The notes under the pieces are model-generated. The model did not search any database, was not told where the DNA came from, and worked only from the letters and a program-made list of their open reading frames with translations. This document shows positions 32,108 through 46,312 of a stretch of DNA of 64,000 nucleotides, one piece after another (within the stretch, counting starts at the first letter, position 1; every line of letters starts with the position of its first letter). Location: NCBI RefSeq assembly GCF_009914755.1, contig NC_060948.1; one strand, 5' to 3'. Made by a program: the position numbers and the translations under genes. This DNA is from the human T2T-CHM13v2.0 reference genome, Homo sapiens.

Positions 32108-35100
32108 ATGGACTCGTTTGGAATGGTGTAGTATGCAATGCAATCGACTGGCAGGGAATCAAAAGGAATGTAATCGAATGGATTGGACTGGAATGCAATG
32201 GACTCGAATAGATTGGAAACGGAATGCAAAGGAATGGAATGGAATAGTATGGAATGGAATGGAAAGGAATGGAGTGGAATAGACTAGAGTGGAATGGAAT
32301 GGACTGGAAAGCAATGGACTGGAATGGAACTTTCTTGAATGGACTGGAATCAAACGGAATGGAATGCAATGCAATCAAATGGCATGGAATAAAATAGAAT
32401 GAAAGAGAATCAAATGGAATTGAATCGAATGGAATCGAATGGATTGGAAAGGAATAGAATGGAATGGAATGGAATTGACTCAAATGGAATGGACTAGAAT
32501 GGAATGGATTCGAATGGAAGGCAAAGGAATGGAATCTATTGGAATGGACTGTAATGGAATGGAATGGAAGGGATTGGAATGGACTCGAATGGAATGGACT
32601 GCAATAGAAAGGATTCGAATGGAATGAAAAAGAATTGAATGGAATAGAACAGAATGGAATCAAATCGAATGAAATGGAATGGAATAGAAAGGAATGGAAT
32701 GAAATGGAATGGAAAGGATTCGAATGGAATGCAATCGAATGGAATGGAATCGAACGGAATGGAATAAAATGGAAGAAAACTGGCAAGAAATGGAATCGAA
32801 ATGAATGGAGTGTTATGGATCGGACTCAAAAGGAATTGAATGTAATAGAATGGAGTGGAGTGGACTCGAATATAATGGACTGGAATGGAATGAAATCACA
32901 TGGAATGGGAACGAATGGAATGGAATGGAAAGGAATGGAATCGAATGGAAAGGAATCGAATGGAAGGGAATGAAATTGAATCAACAGGAATGGAAGGGAG
33001 TAGAATAGACGGTAATGGAATGGACTCGAATAGAATGGACACGAATGCTCAAATTGAATGGACTCGAATGGAATGGAAACGAAAGGAATGTCATCGAATG
33101 GAATTGAATCGGTTGGAATGAAATCGCATAGAATGGAGTGGAATCAAATGGAATTGAATCGAAAGGAAAGGAAGCGAATGGACTGAAATGAAATGGAATG
33201 GAATTGAATGGAATGTAATGCAATGGAATAGAATGGAACGAAATTTCACGGAATGGAATCAAACTGAATGGAATCAAATCAATGGAATATAATCAAATGG
33301 AATGGAAAGGAATTGAATGGAGTAGATTGGGTTGGATGGGATTGGAATGAAATGGAATGGAAAGGACTCGAATTTCATGAAACGGAATGGAATGAATTGG
33401 AACGGAATGGACTCGAATGGAATGGAATGACATGGAATGGCAAGAAATGGAATGGCATCAAAGGGAATGGAATCGAATGCAATGGAATGCTATGGAATGG
33501 AATGGAATGCATTGGAATGGAATGTCCTCTAATGGAATGGATTCGAGTGGAATGGAATCTAATATAATGGAGTCGAATGAAATGCAATTGAAAGGAATGG
33601 GATCGAATACAATGGAATATACTGGAATGTAATGTAAAGAACTCGAATGTAATTGAATGGAAAGGAATGTACATGAATGGAATGTAATCGAATGGAAAGT
33701 AATCCAATGGAATAGTATCTAATGTAATAAAATCGACTCAGATAGAGTAGAATGTAATGGAATGGAGTGTAGTGCAATGGAATGGAATGGAATGGAATGC
33801 AATGGAATGGAAAGGAATGGAATGGAATGGAATGGAATGGGATGGAATGGTATGGAATGGATAGTAATGGACTGGAGTGAAATGGACTGGAAAGGAATGG
33901 ACTCAAATTGAAAGGTCTCGAAAGGAATGGAGTCAAAAGGAATGGTCTGGAATGGAATGAACACGAATGTAATGCAATCCAATAGAATGGAGTCGAATGG
34001 CATGGAATATAAAGAAATGGAATCGAAGAGAATGGAAACAAATGGAATGGAATTGAATGGAATGGAATTGAATGGAATGGGAAGGAATGGAGTGAAATTG
34101 TATGCAGTAGAAGAGAATAGAATGGAATGCAAGCAAAAGGAAAGGAATGGATTGGAATGGAATGGAATTCATTGGAATGGAAGGGAATGTAGTGTAATGG
34201 ACAGGCCTGGAATAAAGTGGAATGCTACGGTCTCGAATGGAATAAAAATGTATGGAATGGAATGCAATGAAACGGAATTGAATGTCATAGAATGTAATGG
34301 AATACAAAAAAATGGAATCCAAAATCATTGACTGGAAAGGCTGGGTGTCGAAAGGAATTGACTCCAATGGAATGGAATCGAATGGAATGGAAGTGAATAG
34401 AATCGAACTAAATCGAATGGAATGGAATTGATAGGAACGGAATGGAAAGGAATGCAATGATTTGGCATGGAATGGAATCGAATGGCATCGAATGGAATGG
34501 AATGGAATGCAATGGAATGGAATGTATTAGAATGTAATGAACTTTAATGGAATGTACTCGAATGGATTCGACTGGAATGGAATGTTCTGGAAGTGAATGG
34601 ACTCCAATGGAATGGATTCAAAAGGAATGGAATCGTACGGAATGGAATCTAATGGAATGGAATTAAATGGAAATGAATCAAATTGAATAGCACGGAATTG
34701 AATTGAATGGAATCGAATGCAATGGAATCTAATGAAACGGAAAGGAAAGGAATGGAATGGAATGGAATGGGCTGGAATGGAAAGGAATCGAAACGAATGG
34801 AATGGAATCGAACTGAAGAGACTGGAATGGAATGCACTGGAATGGAAGGGAGTGTAATGGAAGGTTCTCGAAAAAAATGGAATCGAATGGAATGGAATTG
34901 AATGGAACGGAATAGAGTCGAATGGAATTGAATGGAATGGAATGGACTAGAGTGAAATGGAATCGAACCACAAGGAATGGACAGGAATAGAATGGTCTCG
35001 AATTGAATGGAATCGTATGGAATGGCATCAAACGGAATGGAATGGACAGCCACGGAATGGAATGCACTCGAATGCAATGGAGTCGAAACTAATGGACTGG

Positions 35101-35661
35101 AATAGAATGGACTCGACTGGTACGGACTCCAATGGAATGGAATCGAATGGAAGGGAATCGAACGGAATGGACTCGAAGGGAAAAGACTGCAATGGAAAGG
35201 TCTCGAATGGAACGGAAATTAATGGAATGGAATGGAATCGAATGAAATGGAGTCAAAAGGAATGGAATCGAATGGCAAGAAATCGAATGTAATGGAATCG
35301 CAAGGAATTGATGTGAACGGAACGGAATGGAATGGAATCCAAAGGAATGGAATAGAATGGAATGGAATCGAATGGAAAGGACTCGAATGGAAATCACTCG
35401 AATAGAATGCAATTTAATAAAATAGGATCAAATGTAATGGAATGGAATGGAAAGGAATCGAAACGAAAGGAATGGAGACAGATGGAATGGAATGGAACAG
35501 AGAGCAATGGTATAGAATGGAATGGAATCATCTGGAATGGAATTGAATGGAATGGAATAACATGAAATGGAATGGAATGGAATGGAATGCCTTTGAATTA
35601 AATGGACTGGAATGGAATGGTCTCGAACAGAGTGGAATGGAAAGTGTTGGAATAGAATGGA
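32108..35661 (+). repeat. DYZ1 unit 5 (3554 bp, lineage A)
   Basis: Marker spacing. Confidence 0.9.
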
Positions 35662-38600
35662 ATGGACTCGTTTGGAATGGTGTAGTATGCAATGCAATCG
35701 ACTGGCAGGGAATCAAAAGGAATGTAATCGAATGGATTGGACTGGAATGCAATGGACTCGAATAGATTGGAAACGGAATGCAAAGGAATGGAATGGAATA
35801 GTATGGAATGGAATGGAAAGGAATGGAGTGGAATAGACTAGAGTGGAATGGAATGGACTGGAAAGCAATGGACTGGAATGGAACTTTCTTGAATGGACTG
35901 GAATCAAACGGAATGGAATGCAATGCAATCAAATGGCATGGAATAAAATAGAATGAAAGAGAATCAAATGGAATTGAATCGAATGGAATCGAATGGATTG
36001 GAAAGGAATAGAATGGAATGGAATGGAATTGACTCAAATGGAATGGACTAGAATGGAATGGATTCGAATGGAAGGCAAAGGAATGGAATCTATTGGAATG
36101 GACTGTAATGGAATGGAATGGAAGGGATTGGAATGGACTCGAATGGAATGGACTGCAATAGAAAGGATTCGAATGGAATGAAAAAGAATTGAATGGAATA
36201 GAACAGAATGGAATCAAATCGAATGAAATGGAATGGAATAGAAAGGAATGGAATGAAATGGAATGGAAAGGATTCGAATGGAATGCAATCGAATGGAATG
36301 GAATCGAACGGAATGGAATAAAATGGAAGAAAACTGGCAAGAAATGGAATCGAAATGAATGGAGTGTTATGGATCGGACTCAAAAGGAATTGAATGTAAT
36401 AGAATGGAGTGGAGTGGACTCGAATATAATGGACTGGAATGGAATGAAATCACATGGAATGGGAACGAATGGAATGGAATGGAAAGGAATGGAATCGAAT
36501 GGAAAGGAATCGAATGGAAGGGAATGAAATTGAATCAACAGGAATGGAAGGGAGTAGAATAGACGGTAATGGAATGGACTCGAATAGAATGGACACGAAT
36601 GCTCAAATTGAATGGACTCGAATGGAATGGAAACGAAAGGAATGTCATCGAATGGAATTGAATCGGTTGGAATGAAATCGCATAGAATGGAGTGGAATCA
36701 AATGGAATTGAATCGAAAGGAAAGGAAGCGAATGGACTGAAATGAAATGGAATGGAATTGAATGGAAAGTAATGCAATGGAATAGAATGGAACGAAATTT
36801 CACGGAATGGAATCAAACTGAATGGAATCAAATCAATGGAATATAATCAAATGGAATGGAAAGGAATTGAATGGAGTAGATTGGGTTGGATGGGATTGGA
36901 ATTAAATGGAATGGAAAGGACTCGAATTTCATGAAACGGAATGGAATGAATTGGAACGGAATGGACTCGAATGGAATGGAATGACATGGAATGGCAAGAA
37001 ATGGAATGGCATCAAAGGGAATGGAATCGAATGCAATGGAATGCTATGGAATGGAATGGAATGCATTGGAATGGAATGTCCTCTAATGGAATGGATTCGA
37101 GTGGAATGGAATCTAATATAATGGAGTCGAATGAAATGGAATTGAAAGGAATGGGATCGAATACAATGGAATATACTGGAATGTAATGTAAAGAACTCGA
37201 ATGTAATTGAATGGAAAGGAATGTACATGAATGGAATGTAATCGAATGGAAAGTAATCCAATGGAATAGTATCTAATGTAATAAAATCGACTCAGATAGA
37301 GTAGAATGTAATGGAATGGAGTGTAGTGCAATGGAATGGAATGGAATGGAATGCAATGGAATGGAAAGGAATGGAATGGAATGGAATGGAATGGGATGGA
37401 ATGGTATGGAATGGATAGTAATGGACTGGAGTGAAATGGACTGGAAAGGAATGGAATCAAATTGAAAGGTCTCGAAAGGAATGGAGTCAAAAGGAATGGT
37501 GTGGAATGGAATGAACACGAATGTAATGCAATCCAATAGAATGGAGTCGAATGGCATGGAATATAAAGAAATGGAATCGAAGAGAATGGAAACAAATGGA
37601 ATGGAATTGAATGGAATGGAATTGAATGGAATGGGAAGGAATGGAGTGAAATTGTATGCAGTAGAAGAGAATAGAATGGAATGCAAGCAAAAGGAAAGGA
37701 ATGGATTGGAATGGAATGGAATTCATTGGAATGGAAGGGAATGTAGTGTAATGGACAGGCCTGGAATAAAGTGGAATGCTACGGTCTCGAATGGAATAAA
37801 AATGTATGGAATGGAATGCAATGAAATGGAATCGAATGTCATAGAATGTAATGGAATACAAAAAAATGGAATCCAAAATCATTGACTGGAAAGGCTGGGT
37901 GTCGAAAGGAATTGACTCCAATGGAATGGAATCGAATGGAATGGAAGTGAATAGAATCGAACTAAATCGAATGGAATGGAATTGATAGGAACGGAATGGA
38001 AAGGAATGCAATGATTTGGCATGGAATGGAATCGAATGGCATCGAATGGAATGGAATGGAATGCAATGGAATGGAATGTATTAGAATGTAATGAACTTTA
38101 ATGGAATGTACTCGAATGGATTCGACTGGAATGGAATGTTCTGGAAGTGAATGGACTCCAATGGAATGGATTCAAAAGGAATGGAATCGTACGGAATGGA
38201 ATCTAATGGAATGGAATTAAATGGAAATGAATCAAATTGAATAGCACGGAATTGAATTGAATGGAATCGAATGCAATGGAATCTAATGAAACGGCAAGGA
38301 AAGGAATGGAATGGAATGGAATGGGCTGGAATGGAAAGGAATCGAAACGAATGGAATGGAATCGAACTGAAGAGACTGGAATGGAATGCACTGGAATGGA
38401 AGGGAGTGTAATGGAAGGTTCTCGAAAAAAATGGAATCGAATGGAATGGAATTGAATGGAACGGAATAGAGTCGAATGGAATTCAATGGAATGGAATGGA
38501 CTAGAGTGAAATGGAATCGAACCACAAGGAATGGACAGGAATAGAATGGTCTCGAATTGAATGGAATCGTATGGAATGGCATCAAACGGAATGGAATGGA

Positions 38601-39230
38601 CAGCCACGGAATGGAATGCACTCGAATGCAATGGAGTCGAAACTAATGGACTGGAATAGAATGGACTCGACTCGTACGGACTCCAATGGAATGGAATCGA
38701 ATGGAAGGGAATCGAACGGAAGGGAATCGAACGGAATGGACTCGAAGGGAAAAGACTGCAATGGAAAGGTCTCGAATGGAATGGAAATTAATGGAATGGA
38801 ATGGAATCGAATGTAATGGAGTCAAAAGGAATGGAATCGAATGGCAAGAAATCGAATGTAATGGAATCGCAAGGAATTGATGTGAACGGAACGGAATGGA
38901 ATGGAATCCAAAGGAATGGAATAGAATGGAATGGAATCGAATGGAAAGGACTCGAATGGAAATCACTCGAATAGAATGCAATTTAATAAAATAGGATCAA
39001 ATGTAATGGAATGGAATGGAAAGGAATCGAAACGAAAGGAATGGAGACAGATGGAATGGAATGGAACAGAGAGCAATGGTATAGAATGGAATGGAATCAT
39101 CTGGAATGGAATTGAATGGAATGGAATAATATGAAATGGAATGGAATGGAATGGAATGTCCTTGAATTAAATGGACTGGAATGGAATGGACTCGAACAGA
39201 GTGGAATGGAAAGTGTTGAAATAGAATGGA
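35662..39230 (+). repeat. DYZ1 unit 6 (3569 bp, lineage A)
   Basis: Marker spacing; 15-bp duplication at 38703-38732. Confidence 0.9.
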
Positions 39231-42200
39231 ATGGACTCGTTTGGAATGGTGTAGTATGCAATGCAATCGACTGGCAGGGAATCAAAAGGAATGTAATCGA
39301 ATGGATTGGACTGGAATGCAATGGACTCGAATAGATTGGAAGCGGAATGCAAAGGAATGGAATGGAATAGTATGGAATGGAATGGAAAGGAATGGAGTGG
39401 AATAGACTAGAGTGGAATGGAATGGACTCGAAAGCAATGGACTGGAATGGAACTTTCTTGAATGGACTGGAATCAAACGGAATGGAATGCAATGCAATCA
39501 AATGGCATGGAATAAAATAGAATGAAAGAGAATCAAACGGAATTGAATCGAATGGAATCGAATGGATTGGAAAGGAATAGAATGGAATGGAATGGAATTG
39601 ACTCAAATGGAATGGACTAGAATGGAATGGATTCGAATGGAAGGCAAAGGAATGGAATCTATTGGAATGGACTGTAATGGAATGGAATGGAAGGGATTGG
39701 AATGGACTCGAATGGAATGGACTGCAATAGAAAGGATTCGAATGGAATGAAAAAGAATTGAATGGAATAGAACAGAATGGAATCAAACCTCATGAAATAG
39801 AATGGAATAGAAAGGAATGGAATGAAATCGAATGGAAAGGATTCGAATGGAATGCAATCGAATGGAATGCAATCGAATGGAATGGAATCGAACGGAATGG
39901 AATAAAATGGAAGAAAACTGGCAAGAAATGGAATCGAAATGAATGGAGTGTTAAGGAACGGACTCAAAAGGAATTGAATGTAATAGAATGGAGTGGAGTG
40001 GACTCGAATATAATGGACTGGAATGGAATGAAATCACATGGAATGGGAACGAATGGAATGGAATGGAAAGGAATGGAATCGAATGGAAAGGAATCGAATG
40101 GAAGGGAATGAAATTGAATCAACAGGAATGGAAGGGAATAGAATAGACGGTAATGGAATGGACTCGAATAGAATGGACACGAAAGCTCAAATTGAATGGA
40201 CTCGAATGGAATGGAAATGAAAGGAATGTCATCGAATGCAATTCAATCGATTGGAATGAAATCGCATAGGATGGAGTGGAATCAAATGGAATTGAATCGA
40301 AAGGAAAAGAAGCGAATTGACTGAAATGAAATGAAATGGAATTGAATGGAAAGTAATGCAACGGAATAGAATGGAATGAAATTTCACGGAATGGAATCAA
40401 ACTGAATGGAATCAAATCAATGGAATATAATCAAATGGAATGGAAAGGAATTGAATGGAGTAGATTGTATTGGATGGGATTGGAATGAAATGTACTGGAA
40501 AGGACTCGAATTTCATGAAACGGAATGGAATGTATTAGAACGGAATGGACTCGAATGGAATTGAATGTCACGGAATGGCATCAAATGGAATGGCATCAAT
40601 TGGAATGGAATCGAATGCAATGGAATGCTATGGAATGGAATGGAATGCATTGGAATGGAATGTCCTCTAATGGAATGGATTCGAGTGGAATGGAATCGAA
40701 TATAATGGAGTCTAATGAAATGGAATTGAAAGGAATGGGATCCAATACAATGGAATATACTGGAATGTAATGTAATGAACTCGAATGTAATTGACTGGAA
40801 TGGAATGTACATGAGTGGAATGTAATCGAATGGAAAGTAATCCAATGGAATAGAATCTAATGCAATAAAATCGACTCAAATAGAGTAGAATGTAATGGAA
40901 TGGAGTGCAGTGCAATGGAATGGAATGGAATGGGATGGAATGGTATGGAATGGATAGTAATGGACTGGAGTGAAATGGACTGGAAAATAATGGACTCAAA
41001 TTGAAAGGGCTCGAAAGGAATGGAGTCAAATGGAATGGTCTGGAATGGAATGAACAAGAATGTAATGCAATCCAATAGAATGGAATCGAATGGCATGGAA
41101 TATAAAGAAATGGAATCGAAGAGAATGGAAACAAATGGAATGGAATTGAATGGAATGGAATTGAATGGAATGGGAACGAATGGAGTGAAATTGTATGCAG
41201 TAGAAGAGAATAGAATGGAATGCAAGCGAAAGGAAAGGAATGGATTGGAATGGAATGGAATTCATTGGAATGGAAGGGAATGTAGTGTAATGGACAGGCC
41301 TGTAATAAAGTGGAATGCTACGGTCTCGAATGGAATAAAAATGTATGGAATGGAATGCAATGAAACGGAATCGAATGTCATAGAAGTAATGGAATGCAAA
41401 AAAATGGACTCCAAAATCATTGACTGGAAAGGCTGGGTGTCGAAAGGAATTGACTCCAATGGAATGGAATCGAATGGAATGGAAGTGAATAGAATCGAAC
41501 TAAATCGAATGGAATGGAATTGATAGGAACGGAATGGAAAGGAATGCAATGATTTCGCATGGAATGGAATCGAATGGCATCGAATGGAATGGAATGGAAT
41601 GCAATGGAATGGAATGTATTAAAATGTAATGAACTTTAATGGAATGTACTCGAATGGATTCGACTGGAATGGAATGTTCTCGAAGTGAATGGACTCCAAT
41701 GGAATGGATTCGAAAGGAATGGAATCTAATGGAATGGAATTAAATGGAAATGAATCAAATTGAATAGAACGGAATTGAATTGAATGGAATCGAATGCAAT
41801 GGAATCTAATGAAACGGAAAGGAAAGGAATGGAATGGAATGGAATGGAATGGGCTGGAATGGAATGGAATCGAAACGAATGGAATGGAATCGAACTGAAG
41901 AGACTGGAATGGAATACACTGGAATGGAAGGGAATGTAATGGAAGGTTCTCGAAAAAAATGTAATTGAAAGGAATGGAATTGAGTGGAACGGAATAGAGT
42001 CGAATGGAATTCAATGGAATGGAATGGACTAGAGTGAAATGGAATCGAACCACAAGGAATGGACAGGAATAGAATGGTCTCGAATTGAATGGAATCGTAT
42101 GGAATGGCATCAAACGGAATGGAATGGACAGCCACGGAATGGAATGCACTCGAATGCAATGGAGTCGAAACTAATGGACTGGAATTGAATGGACTCGACT

Positions 42201-42743
42201 GGTACGGACTCCAATGGAATGGAATCGAATGGAAGGGAATCGAACGGAATGGACTCGAAGGGAAAAGACTGCAATGGAAAGGTCTCGAATGGAACGGAAA
42301 TTAATGGAATGGAATGGAATCGAATGAAATGGAGTCAAAAGGAATGGAATCGAATGGCAAGAAATCGAATGTAATGGAATCGCAAGGAATTGATGTGAAC
42401 GGAACGGAATGGAATGGAATCCAAAGGAATGGAATAGAATGGAATGGAATCGAATGGAAAGGACTCGAATGGAAATCACTCGAATAGAATGCAATTTAAT
42501 AAAATAGGATCAAATGTAATGGAATGGAATGGAAAGGAATCGAAACGAAAGGAATGGAGACAGATGGAATGGAATGGAACAGAGAGCAATGGTATAGAAT
42601 GGAATGGAATCATCTGGAATGGAATTGAATGGAATGGAATAACATGAAATGGAATGGAATGGAATGGAATGCCTTTGAATTAAATGGACTGGAATGGAAT
42701 GGTCTCGAACAGAGTGGAATGGAAAGTGTTGGAATAGAATGGA
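39231..42743 (+). repeat. DYZ1 unit 7 (3513 bp, lineage B)
   Basis: Marker spacing; 1-bp deletion tagaagtaat at ~41385. Confidence 0.9.
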
Positions 42744-45700
42744 ATGGACTCGTTTGGAATGGTGTAGTATGCAATGCAATCGACTGGCAGGGAATCAAAA
42801 GGAATGTAATCGAATGGATTGGACAGGAATGCAATGGACTCGAATAGATTGGAAACGGAATGCAAAGGAATGGAATGGAATAGTATGGAATGGAATGGAA
42901 AGGAATGGAGTGGAATAGACTAGAGTGGAATGGAATGGACTGGAAAGCAATGGACTGGAATGGAACTTTCTTGAATGGACTGGAATCAAACGGAATGGAA
43001 TGCAATGCAATCAAATGGCATGGAATAAAATAGAATGAAAGAGAATCAAATGGAATTGAATCGAATGGAATCGAATGGATTGGAAAGGAATAGAATGGAA
43101 TGGAATGGAATTGACTCAAATGGAATGGACTAGAATGGAATGGATTCGAATGGAAGGCAAAGGAATGGAATCTATTGGAATGGACTGTAATGGAATGGAA
43201 TGGAAGGGATTGGAATGGACTCGAATGGAATGGACTGCAATAGAAAGGATTCGAATGGAATGAAAAAGAATTGCATGGAATAGAACAGAATGGAATCAAA
43301 TCGAATGAAATGGAATGGAATAGAAAGGAATGGAATGAAATGGAATGGAAAGGATTCGAATGGAATGCAATCGAATGGAATGGAATCGAACGGAATGGAA
43401 TAAAATGGAAGAAAACTGGCAAGAAATGGAATCGAAATGAATGGAGTGTTATGGATCGGACTCAAAAGGAATTGAATGTAATAGAATGGAGTGGAGTGGA
43501 CTCGAATATAATGGACTGGAATGGAATGAAATCACATGGAATGGGAACGAATGGAATGGAATGGAAAGGAATGGAATCGAATGGAAAGGAATCGAATGGA
43601 AGGGAATGAAATTGAATCAACAGGAATGGAAGGGAGTAGAATAGACGGTAATGGAATGGACTCGAATACAATGGACACGAATGCTCAAATTGAATGGACT
43701 CGAATGGAATGGAAACGAAAGGAATGTCATTCAATGGAATTGAATCGGTTGGAATGAAATCGCATAGAATGGAGTGGAATCAAATGGAATTGAATCGAAA
43801 GGAAAGGAAGCGAATGGACTGAAATGAAATGGAATGGAATTGAATGGAAAGTAATGCAATGGAATAGAATGGAACGAAATTTCACGGAATGGAATCAAAC
43901 TGAATGGAATCAAATCAATGGAATATAATCAAATGGAATGGAAAGGAATTGAATGGAGTAGATTGGGTTGGATGGGATTGGAATGAAATGGAATGGAAAG
44001 GACTCGAATTTCATGAAACGGAATGGAATGAATTGGAACGGAATGGACTCGAATGGAATGGAATGACATGGAATGGCAAGAAATGGAATGGCATCAAAGG
44101 GAATGGAATCGAATGCAATGGAATGCTATGGAATGGAATGGAATGCATTGGAATGGAATGTCCTCTAATGGAATGGATTCGAGTGGAATGGAATCTAATA
44201 TAATGGAGTCGAATGAAATGGAATTGAAAGGAATGGGATCGAATACAATGGAATATACTGGAATGTAATGTAAAGAACTCGAATGTAATTGAATGGAAAG
44301 GAATGTACATGAATGGAATGTAATCGAATGGAAAGTAATCCAATGGAATAGTATCTAATCTAATAAAATCGACTCAGATAGAGTAGAATGTAATGGAATG
44401 GAATGTAGTGCAATGGAATGGAATGGAATGGAATGCAATGGAATGGAAAGGAATGGAATGCAATGGAATGGAATGGGATGGAATGGTATGGAATGGATAG
44501 TAATGGACTGGAGTGAAATGGACTGGAAAGGAATGGACTCAAATTGAAAGGTCTCGAAAGGAATGGAGTCAAAAGGAATGGTCTGGAATGGAATGAACAC
44601 GAATGTAATGCAATCCAATAGAATGGAGTCGAATGGCATGGAATATAAAGAAATGGAATCGAAGAGAATGGAAACAAATGGAATGGAATTGAATGGAATG
44701 GAATTGAATGGAATGGGAAGGAATGGAGTGAAATTGTATGCAGTAGAAGAGAATAGAATGGAATGCAAGCGAAAGGAAAGGAATGGATTGGAATGGAATG
44801 GAATTCATTGGAATGGAAGGGAATGTAGTGTAATGGACAGGCCTGGAATAAAGTGGAATGCTACGGTCTCGAATGGAATAAAAATGTATGGAATGGAATG
44901 CAATGAAACGGAATCGAATGTCATAGAATGTAATGGAATGCAAAAAAATGGAATCCAAAATCATTGACTGGAAAGGCTGGGTGTCGAAAGGAATTGACTC
45001 CAATGGAATGGAATCGAATGGAATGGAAGTGAATAGAATCGAACTAAATCGAATGGAATGGAATTGATAGGAACGGAATGGAAAGGAATGCAATGATTTG
45101 GCATGGAATGGAATCGAATGGCATCGAATGGAATGGAATGGAATGCAATGGAATGGAATGTATTAGAATGTAATGAACTTTAATGGAATGTACTCGAATG
45201 GATTCGACTGGAATGGAATGTTCTGGAAGTGAATGGACTCCAATGGAATGGATTCAAAAGGAATGGAATCGTACGGAATGGAATCTAATGGAATGGAATT
45301 AAATGGAAATGAATCAAATTGAATAGCACGGAATTGAATTGAATGGAATCGAATGCAATGGAATCTAATGAAACGGAAAGGAAAGGAATGGAATGGAATG
45401 GAATGGGCTGGAATGGAAAGGAATCGAAACGAATGGAATGGAATCGAACTGAAGAGACTGGAATGGAATGCACTGGAATGGAAGCGAGTGTAATGGAAGG
45501 TTCTCGAAAAAAATGGAATCGAATGGAATGGAATTGAATGGAACGGAATAGAGTCGAATGGAATTGAATGGAATGGAATGGACTAGAGTGAAATGGAATC
45601 GAACCACAAGGAATGGACAGGAATAGAATGGTCTCGAATTGAATGGAATCGTATGGAATGGCATCAAACGGAATGGAATGGACAGCCACGGAATGGAATG

Positions 45701-46312
45701 CACTCGAATGCAATGGAGTCGAAACTAATGGACTGGAATAGAATGGACTCGACTGGTACGGACTCCAATGGAATGGAATCGAATGGAAGGGAATCGAACG
45801 GAAGGGAATCGAACGGAATGGACTCGAAGGGAAAAGACTGCAATGGAAAGGTCTCGAATGGAATGGAAATTAATGGAATGGAATGGAATCGAATGAAATG
45901 GAGTCAAAAGGAATGGAATCGAATGGCAAGAAATCGAATGTAATGGAATCGCAAGGAATTGATGTGAACGTAACGGAATGGAATGGAATCCAAAGGAATG
46001 GAATAGAATGGAATGGAATCGAATGGAAAGGACTCGAATGGAAATCACTCGAATAGAATGCAATTTAATAAAATAGGATCAAATGTAATGGAATGGAATG
46101 GAAAGGAATCGAAACGAAAGGAATGGAGACAGATGGAATGGAATGGAACAGAGAGCAATGGTATAGAATGGAATGGAATCATCTGGAATGGAATTGAATG
46201 GAATGGAATAATATGAAATGGAATGGAATGGAATGGAATGTCCTTGAATTAAATGGACTGGAATGGAATGGACTCGAACAGAGTGGAATGGAAAGTGTTG
46301 AAATAGAATGGA
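42744..46312 (+). repeat. DYZ1 unit 8 (3569 bp, lineage A)
   Basis: Marker spacing; 15-bp duplication at 45785-45814. Confidence 0.9.
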
